This document shows, in pieces, positions 1 to 10,375 of a stretch of DNA of 64,000 nt (the stretch's first letter is position 1; each line of letters begins with the position of its first letter). The stretch spans positions 57,846,001 through 57,910,000 of the forward strand of contig NC_043008.1 of the NCBI RefSeq assembly GCF_006345805.1, read 5' to 3'. Source of the DNA: Octopus sinensis. Lineage: Eukaryota. Made by a program: the position numbers and the translations under genes. The notes beneath the pieces were generated by a model that saw only the letters and a list, made by a program, of their open reading frames with translations, was not told the origin of the DNA and searched no databases.

Positions 1-339
1 ACAACCTCACCATTGTAAGCCTAATGCTCTAACCACTGATCTATGCACTTTCACAACACACACACAGACACACACACACATACACATACACATACACACA
101 CAAACAGATGCATGTATAGTATAAATTATCAGCTAAGGTATTTAAGTTAGAAACACTATACATTTGTAAACATCAGTCTGAGATCAGAGGAAATAACAAA
201 TACATTCTTGTGTTGGACCTCTCAGTGTGGATCTTGACAGCCTGTAGCTCTTTGATGACCTTCAACTGATGTGCATACCAGTATGCCATGTATATATGCA
301 TGCATGTGTGTGTGTGTGGTGTGTGTGTGTGTGTGGTGT

Positions 340-480
340 TTCTGCTGGAGGTGTGAAACATGTCCCATGAAAGATCAACTGTATTCAACGTCCTTCTACC
401 TAGAATGGGTAATTCGACATGTGTAGTGTGTGAAAGGGCTTGCAAGTCGATTTTGGGTCTGAAGAGACGTAAGCATGCGT
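340..480 (+). mobile_element. Possible LINE C2H2 zinc-finger remnant
   Basis: CVVCERACKSILGLKRR resembles the CxxC..SxxGLxxH finger at the C-terminus of RTE-type ORFs. Short and isolated. Confidence 0.35.
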
Positions 481-2619
481 GCATCCACACACACACACAC
501 ACACACCATTACTCAGAGTTTCACTTTACCATTTGTCAGACAGTTGTGATCATACTGTCTGACGAATGGCAACGTGAAACTCTGAGTAAAAGTTTGTGAA
601 GAATTTTTTCTGCTTTAATAAAAAGTATATATATGCATGTGTGTGTATACATATATATATATATTTATATAAAACACACATAATTATATATATATAATAT
701 ATATATATATATATAATTACTACTGTACATTGCAGTCAATATATTATATATAACATATAAATTTAAATTATATTATTATTGTTCCTGTCAGGTAAGAAGG
801 GAGAGATGTCAGAGATAGTAGACAGTTGGGTTCGATACTTCCCAGTAATTTAGTATGCCACTTCACCAGCAACGGTTCAAATTCTACAGGGGTTGATTGT
901 TTCCTTTCATTCTCTGAAAAATTAATAAAATAACTAAAGCAGTATACAAGGGTCAATTCAAATATACTGTTTGTTAAGAAACTGAACTTGTGTTCTTAGT
1001 CAAAAGTAATTTTTTGTCTTTTTGCGTTTCGACTTATTTTCTTGATCTTGGACAAAATTTTTGATTCAAGTTGTTTGTTTAACCTCTTAACATATACATT
1101 TTTTTCAATTTCCATGCAAAAAGCATCATATTTTTTTAATCATGTATTTTGAATCTGTATATAAGGAGGAGCAAGTACACAAATTATTTTGGATCAGTTA
1201 TGATTTATTATGAAGTTACTGATAGAAATGATAATTACTGATAGTTAATGATAGAAAATGGGAATAACATCATGAACGAAGCATTTTGAGTTGGAAATGA
1301 GTAGCAGATACTTCAGAGTACAGTGAACATACATTTTCATTGAAATATATATTTACTAGACACCTCTGAACAAAAATATGCAGAATTATATGTTAATCAT
1401 CATCATCATCGTTTAGCGTCCGCTTTCCATGCTGGCATGGGTTGGATGGTTCAGCTGGGGTCTGGGAACCCAGAAGGCTGCACCAGGCCCAGTCTGATCT
1501 GGCAATGTTTCTACGGCTGGATGCCCTTCCTAACACCAACTATTCTGTGAGTGTAGTGGGTGCTTTTTACGTGCCAACGGCACAGGTGCCAGACGGGGCT
1601 GGCAAACGGCCACGATCGGATGGTGTTTTTTACGTGCCACCGGCACGGAGGCCAGGTGAGGCTGGCAACGGTGAGGCAGGCAACGGTGAGGCTGGCTCTT
1701 TACGTGCCACCGGCACAGAGGCCGGTCGGGGTGGCGCTGGCAACGGCCACATTCGTATGGTTCTCTTATGTGCCACCGGAACTGGTATCACAGCTACAAT
1801 TTCCATTGATGTTGATTAATATCTCTGTCTTCACATTATTAAACAAGTTTGTTTCCACAAAATCCTTAGAATTATGCTATTTTCTGTTATGCAAAGCTAG
1901 CAGATCTTTGTAGATTTCGATTTTGAGTTTGATTTTTGAAAAAAAAACCTCTTTTTTGTCTCTTAAAAAGGGTTCCCTTGAATGGTGTCCAGTTTTATTT
2001 TGCAGTTAGTAATGGTAACCACTATGCAAATGGGATGCCACCATGTTTTTGTAGTGTGAGAATTGAGAATGCTTCATGGAAAATTAGTTTCCTGTTAATG
2101 TGGATGATTTAGTGCTGTTACTTGTAAAGAATATTCTAGATTACTATTCATTGATTGAACATATTATCCTGCATAATTTTGTTCAGAGATGTCTAGTAAA
2201 TATATATTTGAATGAAATCGATATAAGAAATTAGAAGCTAGTTAAAAATTATCCTTCCATTTAGGTAAACCAACAGGTGCCTTTTATAATAGTAGTAGTA
2301 GTAATAATAATAATTCTTTCTACTTTTTGTACAAGGCCCAAAATTTTGGAAGGGGACTAGATTATCGTCGTCGTCATCAGTAGCAATAAAATATATGTAA
2401 AAGCACCCATTACACTCTTAGTGTGGCTGACATTAGGAGGGAATCCAGCTGTAGAAACCATGCCAAATCAGATTGGTATCTGGTGCAGCTCCTCAGCTCA
2501 CCAGCTCTGGTCAAACCATCCAAGCCATGCCAGCATGGACAACAGATGTTAAGAAAAGATCTTGTCCCACACTTGTGACATGTCCTTGGTAGGATGATCA
2601 AGTGGGAGATAGAGGACTT

Positions 2620-2770
2620 ACTGTGCCAGTGAATGTGACAGAAAGCTATGAGGTGGGAGGCTGCAGGCTGGATGTGATTAAGGAAGATCTCCAAAAGCTC
2701 GACATCTTCTTGGAAGATGTAGAAGTGCTGACAATGGAGAGCACTACTGGACCTGGTTGGCTCAACACAT
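2620..2770 (+). mobile_element. RTE-type LINE 3' fragment
   Basis: RLDVIKEDLQKLDI resembles the RTE C-terminal WxDxIKxDL motif. Degenerate. Confidence 0.4.
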
Positions 2771-2929
2771 GATGACGTCTCTGGGACCACTCACCTGGGA
2801 TGACTCCAGCCCCATCATGCAAGAGCATGAAGCAGTAGCCACACTTGTTAACAGTTAGATGCTTGTTAGAAAATGTAATGTGATATTGGTTGCGAAAACC
2901 TGTTGAGGCAAGTGAAATGGAAATGGAAA

Positions 2930-3683
2930 TGGAAATCGAAATCAAATTCGATGACTGGCATCCGTGCTAGTGGGGCGCTAAGAGTACCATACGAGTGAGA
3001 TCGTTGCCAGAGCAACAAGCTGGCCTCCATGCTGATGGCACGTAAAAACCACCATTCGAGCGTGATCGTTACCTGCGTCGCCTTACTGGCACTTGTGCTG
3101 GTGGCACATGAAAAAACATTTGAGCGAGGTCGTTGCCAGTGCCGCTGGACTGGCTCCTGTGCAGGTGGCACATAAAAAGCACCATTTGAGCATGATCATT
3201 ACATGCATCGCCTTACTGGCACTTGTACTGGTGGCACATGAAAAAACATTTGAGCGAGGTCGTTGCCAGTGCCGCTGGACTGGCTCCTGTGCAGGTGGCA
3301 CATAAAAAGCACCATTTGAGCATGATCATTACCTGCGTCGCCTTACTGGCACTTGTGCTGGTGGCACATGAAAAAACATTTGAGCGAGGTCGTTGCCAGT
3401 GCCGCTGGACTGGCTCCTGTGCAGGTGGCACATAAAAAGCACCATTTGAGCGTGCCAGTGCCACCATTGCCAGTGCCGCCTGACTGGCTCTCATGCCGGT
3501 GGTACATAAAAGCACCCGCTATACTCTCAGAGTGGTTGGCGTTAGGAAGGGCATCCAGCTGTAGAAACTCTGCTAGATCAGATTGGAGCCTGGTGCAGCC
3601 ATCTGGTTCGCCAGACCTCAGTCAAATCGTCCAACCCATCCTAGCATGGAAAGCAGATGTTAAACGATGATGATGATGATGAT
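2930..3683 (+). mobile_element. Retroposon family S4 with an internal minisatellite and (GAT)n tail
   Basis: Tail ..GCATGGAAAGCGGACGTTAAACGATGATGAT. Copies at 1397-1935 and 17703-18180 (-), 36378-36555 and 2400-2550 (+). Confidence 0.8.
3060..3449 (+). repeat. 3 x 130-bp tandem repeat inside S4
   Basis: Units start at 3060, 3190 and 3320 and are near-identical; they explain the repeated MCWWHMKKH.. ORFs. Confidence 0.95.
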
Positions 3684-3759
3684 CAAGAAGGAAAAGATGT
3701 GCAGATTCTCAGATTGGAAGAGGAATCTTTCAGTAGAACAGCCTTTCTCTCTCTCTCAT

Positions 3760-5600
3760 CTTGTTTGATAATCCTGTGGATATCCTTTGTTGATTATACT
3801 AAATAAAGCTAAGGAAGGATATTCAGCTGGAGAGAATAAAGGGAAAGTGGATCATCTGGTGTTTATAGATGATTTAAAGCTTAATGGCAAAGACCGCTTG
3901 AGACTTTAGGGCAAACTGTAAGAATATTTTAGTAATGATATTGAGATGACATCTTAGGTGGCAAGCTTGTAGAATTGTTAGCAAGGTGGCGAGCTGGGAG
4001 AAACGTTAGCACGCTGGGTGAAATGCTGAGCAGTATTTCTTCTGCCATTACGTTCTGAGTTCAAATTCCGCCAAGGTCGACTTTGCTTTTCATCTTTTCG
4101 GGGTTAATAAATCAAGTACCAGTTACACACTGGGGTCGATGTAATTGACTTAATCCCTTTGTCTGTCCTTGTTTGTCCTCTCTATGTTTAGCCCCTTGTG
4201 GGCAATAAAGAAATAAGAATTGTTAGCATGCCAGGCAAAATATTTAGTGACATTTCATCTGTCTTTATGTTCTGAGTTCAAATTCCAACATTACCTTTCA
4301 CCCTTTCAGGGTTGATAAAATAAGTACCAGTTGATCACTGGGCTTGATGTAATCGACTTACTACCCCTCCCTTCAAAATTGCTGGCCTTGTACCAATATC
4401 TGAAATCAATACTGAGTTGACATTTAGAGTTGAGAAGTGTTCTATGACAGAAATGAAGCAGGGAAAATCCATAAAAAGTATTGGAATAGATCTGTCTGGT
4501 GATAGGGATATAAAATCGTTAAATGTAGAAGAAACATAATTGTCTGAGAACACTGGAAAGTAACAAAATCAAAAATATAGAAATGAAGGAAACCCTCAGT
4601 AAAGAATATTTTCTGCAGAATGAACATGATTCTAAAAACCGAAATTAAATACAGGAAACATCAAGCAATCAACTTGAGGTTAGTATTCCTAACAAAGTTA
4701 AAAAAAAAAACTGGCACTTTGTCGGTGATGATGATGATGAAGGTTCTAGTTGATTCAGTCAACAGAACAATCTGCTAATGAAATTAATGTAGAAGTGGCT
4801 GAGCATTCCACAGACACCCATTAGTGACCAAATTTTTTTATTGGATTTATTACAGAAAATTTTTTTTATACAACTTTATCTGATACTAAATATATAAAAA
4901 AAATTTTTAGTACAATATTTGAAAGACACTCCAGTCTTGATGACTAATATCTCAGAAAAATACAGGTGTTGCTGAAATATGATGGATTATCCTTCTGGTC
5001 CTAAGAAAAGGACCATGGGTGCTAATGGGTGTTAATGTAGTTCTCAGCGTGTCACAGAATGTGACAAGACTGGCCCTCTGAGATACAAGTACTAATCATT
5101 TTTGCCAGCTGAGTGGACTGGAGCAATGTAAAATAAAAAGTGTTTAGCTTATGGACACAACACACTACTGGGAATTGAACTCACAACCTTTTGATCGTGA
5201 GCCAAATACCCTTACCACTAAGCCATGTACCTTCTTAAGATATGGAGAAAGGAGGAGCTGAAAGACATTGGCAAAAGCGAAAAAAAAAAAGGAGAAAGCT
5301 CACAATTCATAGGAACCTATACCTTTGATCAGATGTGGACTGGTTACACAGGTAAGGAGAAGGAGGAGGAAGAGGGTAAATGCATGTTGAAGATGCGGTA
5401 ATACCAGAGAAAATTAATTCAGGTTTCTGCCGTGAAGAAAGAGAAGCACTCCTTAAGTATGTACTTAGTGAACGACTTCTTACAGAATATACAGAACCCA
5501 AGAAGAGAAAATGAAATCAGATTTTGAAGGAGACAACAGATGACAAGGATAGCTAGCTACACTTAAAGAAAGGAATATTAAAGTGAGAGATCAAGGGAAT
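3760..5600 (+). mobile_element. Dong/R4-clade non-LTR retrotransposon relic in three pieces (3760-3955, 4415-4670, 5290-5600), split by SINE insertions
   Basis: The pieces translate colinearly: GY..KVDHLVFIDDLKL.GK..TVRIFSNDIEM; EKCS.TEMKQGK..EMKE.L.KEY..N..KAIN; RKLTIHR...SDVDWL.R.GEGGGRG.MHVED. These match R4/Dong RT motifs HLLFMDDLKLY and HPKSDVDRLY..GGRGL. Confidence 0.7.
3985..4215 (+). mobile_element. SINE family S1 (GGCGGCGAGCTGGCAGAAACG..GGGGTCGATAAATTAAGTACCAG..AAAGAAATA)
   Basis: More than 15 copies or fragments, e.g. 6554-6780, 7702-7932, 47868-48097 and 61828-62036 (+); 16226-16480, 32690-32918 and 55602-55942 (-). A/B-box-like head (GAGTTCAAATTCC). Confidence 0.85.
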
Positions 5601-8600
5601 AATTTTACAAGCCCTAAAGGTGAGTTGAATTAAGATAATATGCTACATCAGTAGGAATATTTACTTAAATGTACAATGTGCAATGATTCAGATTAGATAT
5701 ATTATTTAAAAACCTCCTTGTTACCACTGATATCAATATACAGTTATTAGTCATTTGTCGTTTCACTTCCATTTCCTAGGCTAGTACAGACAGGATTTTT
5801 TTAAGAGTGGAACAATATATTTTTGTAATAGCTGGATGCACTCCCTAATGCTAACCATCCAATTAAGAGTGGAACCTGTTTTATTTGAGCAGGAATCATG
5901 AGGGAAATAGAATTATGTGTTTTCTAATCTGGGATGCAAGGGCTGTGGGAGTCAGCTAGTAAACAACATACACATCACATGCCTTTGCTCTGCGCCATAG
6001 ATCTATAATATTAATAAATATATGCTCTTTCTATATTTATTCTATACTCCTATACACAAAGTAGAGTTTATATATTTACCAAAGCTGAAGTTTTCTGTCA
6101 TTACTCAGTATTTTATATATAGATCACTCTATCTCTCTTTTATACTTTTTCCCCTGTTTTAGTCATTTGATTGCAGCCATGCTGGGGCACCCCTTGAAGA
6201 ATTTAATGAAACAAATTGATCCCAAGACTTATTTTTTAAAGCTTAGTAATTATTTTATCAGTCTCTTTTGTTGAATTGCTAATTTACAGGGAAGGATTGT
6301 TGCCAACCTCTGGATGCCAAGATCTGGGATTGAACCTGGGACCATTAGACCTTCAGCCTAATGCTCTCCCAACTGAGCTCTATGTATGTGTGTGTGTGTG
6401 TGTAAGCATAGCTGTGTAGTTAAGATGTTCACTTAGCAATCGCACAGTTTCAGGTTCTGTTCCACTTTGTGGTACTTTGAGCAAGAGTCTTCTACTACAG
6501 CCCTGGGCCAACTAATGCCATGTGACTGAATTTGGTAGATTGAAACTATATAAGGCGGTGAGCTGGAAGAAACATTAGCACTCTGGGCAAAATGATTTGT
6601 GGTATTTCATCTGATGCTACATTCTCAGTTCAAATTCCGCTGAGGTCGACTTTGCCTTTCATCCTTTCGGGGTTGATTAGATAAGTACCAGTTACGCACT
6701 GGGGTCGATATAATCAACTTAATCCATTTGTCCTTGTTTGTCCCCTCTGTGTGTAGCCCCTTGTGGGCAGTAAAGAAATAAGAAACTATAACTCCCATCT
6801 TACATATATATACATATACACGTGTGTGTGTAAATGTTTTCATTTCACCTTGAAATATTGCTGAGCTATGGACAGTGATACTTGCAACATTTCCATGTCA
6901 ATATATCACCCAGTAACTCAGTATTTCTGAAGATAAACAAAATGAAAACTCTCTTACTTGAAGAATAGGCAAAGTTAGCGATGGGAAGAGCATCTGGCTG
7001 TAAAACAATGCCTCAAAAAATAAACATTCATCTAACCCATGCTAGCATGGAAAAAATGGATGTAAAACGAACAAATATATTATTTATATTATATATCTGT
7101 TTAAGACTGGACAAGTAAATGCATGGTGAATAGCACAGAGTAGTAAGCCTAGTACTTATACTATCGGTCTCTTTTGCCGAACTGCTAAGTTACGAGGACG
7201 TAAACACACCAGCATCAGTTGTCAAGCGATGTTGGGGGAACAAACACAGACACACATACACATACATATATATGATGGGCTTCTTTCAGTTTGTCTACCA
7301 AATCCACTCACAAGGCTTTGGTCGGCCTGAGGCTATAGCAGAAGACACTTGCCCAAGGTGCCATGCAGTGGGACTGAACCCTGAACTATGTGGTTCATAA
7401 GCATGCTACTTACCACACAGTCACTCCTACGCCTACAGCAGTTAAATGCAGACCAACCAGCGGATGCCATTTAGCGGAATTTTGTCTATTTTCATGTTCT
7501 GGGTTCAAATTCTTCTGAGGTCCACTTTAACTTTCATCCTTTTGGGGTAAATAAAATAAGTTCCAGTTGAACACTGGGGTTGTTGTAATCAACTTACACC
7601 CACCCCCAGACCTGATGGCCTTGTGGCAAAATTTGAAATCAATAATAATAACACATGCACTGGTTCAATTCCACTCCTTTATAATTAGTCATTTGGTTAT
7701 CGGCAGCGAGCTGGCAGAATCGTTCGCAGGCTGGGTGAAATGCTTAGCGGTATTTCGTCTGCCGCTACGTTCTGAGTTCAAATTCCACAGAGATCGACTT
7801 TGCCTTTCATCCTTTCGGAGTTGATTAAATAAGTACTAGTTACGCACTGGGGTCGATATAATCAACTTAATCCATCTGTCTGTCCTTGTTTGTCTTCTCT
7901 GTGTTTAGCCCCTTGTGGGTAGTAAAGAAATAGGTTATCAAATTATCAATCATTTCAACATACCAATTCTCATAAAAGAATCTTGCAAACCAAATACAAA
8001 AACGAAGTCATTTTTTTCTATCCTTTATTAAAATAATTACTTCAAGAGAAACATTTCTAAACTTTTTTGTTTTTCTAGATTTTTGGTCTTTTACCACAAG
8101 TTTACTTTCCTGATTTCATCAACCCCCACCCTCTCCCCACACCATGTATGAAAAGAAAGCAGTCTTGTATGCAATACAAATCTATTGCATACGCTCTTTT
8201 ATTCTTTTACTTGTTTCAGTCTTGAAACTGGCCATGCTGGGGCACCATCTTGAATGGTTTAGTTCATCAAATCAACACCAGTCTGGGTCTTAGCTCATTG
8301 TGGAGGCACGTAGCTTGGTGGTTAGGTTGTTGGACTCATGATTGTAAGATTGTGGTTTCCATTCCTGGACAAGGCGATGCATTGTGTTCTTGAGCAAGAC
8401 ACTTCATTTCACATTGCTCTAGTCCACTCCGCTGGCATAAATGAGTAATCCTGCAACAGACTGGTGTCCTGTCCAGGTATGGAATTTATACACTATGGAA
8501 ACTGGCCCTTATGAGTCAACAATATTTGAGAAGCAAAGTTTACCTTTGTGGAGTCACATAGCTTAGTGGTTAGGGTTTTGGACTCATGATCATAAGAATG

Positions 8601-8764
8601 CTGTTTCAATTCCTGTATCAGGCAATGTGTTGTGTTTTTGAGCAAAACACTTAATTTCATGTTGCTCCAGTCCACTCAGCTGGCAAAAATGAGGAAACCT
8701 GTGATGGACTGGCATCCCATCCAGATGGGGAATATATACGCCATGGAAACTGACCACCTGATCA

Positions 8765-10150
8765 CCATCTACCCAATCCTTTCCCCTCCACTCTGTTATT
8801 ATTCCTCCTGATCTCTCCCTCTCTGAAGCCAAGCGTTCCCTCCTTAGTAGGGGGTCTCTGTTTCCTAACACTCACTCCATCCAGCAATAAGTTTCAAACC
8901 CGGGCTGATGTCCAATATTTCATGCTCCATTCCATGATACTTTGCCTGCATCTAATGAAGAAAACTGCTTCATTGACCTGGGTTACTGACCATCTCACTG
9001 GATGCTGGCTCCCATCCAATTCCAGGCAGTTGATCAATTTGCAAGTGTCTGTCAATGCGCTGTGGACTAGTTCAACTTCAGGTGTCCTTGACGTTATAAC
9101 ATCTCCCAAGCCAAACTCTCAGCCCTTTGATGTTCCCAATGCTGTCAAGACATCATCATTAAGCCAGTTGAATAAGGTGGAGCTGTGGTCGTGTGGCATG
9201 CTGACCTCTACAAGGTTGATGCGCTCCACAAACTCCAAGACATGTCTTTCTATTGCCTTTTACCCTTTAACCCCACGTCACACTACCTGCTAGTTACAAT
9301 CTTATTTATTCCTCCCTTCTAGCCCCACCATCTGCAACCTCAGTCTGTACCCCATGCATCCCCACCATTTACTTCCTTCCCCAAATCCATAAACCCAACA
9401 ACCCTGGCTGCCCCATTGTTTCTGCCTGCAGTTGCCCCACTGACCTCATCTCCAAATACTTTGACCTTGTCCTTGCACCCCTAGTGGTTCCTTTCCCTCA
9501 AACATTCACAATACCAACCATGCTCTTCATCCCTTGAATTCTTTCTCCTTTACTCCAGACTCCAGTTCACCCTTAACATAAAAATCCCTACACACTGTCA
9601 TCCCTCTCAACAAAGGTCTCTTTGCTTTAAAATACTTTCTTGATCTTCATCCTGATCTTCAATTTGACACTTCTAACCTCCATTCGGCTGAACTTGTCCT
9701 CTCTCTAAATTACTTCTCATTCATGGGTGAATTTTACCTTCAGGTCTTGGGAGTAGAATGGGGCCCCAACCATGTGAATCTGTTCATTGACCATGCTAGG
9801 CTCAAATATTCAATATTCCACGCCTGGTCTGTTTGGTTGTTACATTGACAACTATATTGGTGCAATCTCACTCTCCTACAAACATCTTGACTCCTCTTTC
9901 ATCCAGTCCTTCCATCCCACTCTTGCATTCTCCTGTTCTGTTTCCAATGACTCCATCAACTTTCTCAATATTCCTGTCACCATCCACTGCTCCTCTCTTA
10001 CCACCTCCATCCACTATAAACCCACAGACTCACACTCTTATCTCAACTTTTCCTCCTCCCACACCAAACTGTTCATCTCCTACTCTCAATTCCTTTGTCT
10101 TCACTGGCTCTGTAGTGATGACCATGACTTCAACACACAGTCCCAACTGG
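8765..10150 (+). mobile_element. Decayed Penelope-like element (PLE), reverse-transcriptase region
   Basis: Frameshifted translation gives PLE RT motifs: LSLSEAKRSLLSRG, LLPKIHKPNNPGCPIVSACSCPT..ISKY.D..LAPLV, KSLHTVIP..KGL.AL, AELVLSLNYFSF..EFYLQV.G, YIDN (decayed YIDD), FHP.L.F..SINFL, TSIHYKPTDSHSYL..SSH..SYSQFL.L..LCS. Many stops; the GIY-YIG end is absent. Confidence 0.85.
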
Positions 10151-10375
10151 GAATGATTATTTCCACCAAATCCTACAAAGCAGTGCCCCAGCATGGCTAC
10201 AGTCCAGTGACAAGTAAAAGATAAATGACAGGCATATAACCTCAGATTTAAAAGGTACCAAATGACACTCTTGCTTCTCCCTAGGGCATTACAAATGTAG
10301 CCGAAGACTATTATAAAAGCAGTCATTGAAACTGTCAGACCTAGTTTGTTGAGACTCTAGTGTTTCCCTAACATG

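Noticed and set aside
2866-3670. Repeated Cys/His-rich ORFs (MCWWHMKKH.., MPPAQEPVQRHW..)
   Set aside because: Artefacts of the 130-bp tandem repeat inside retroposon S4; open on both strands with no protein-family signal.
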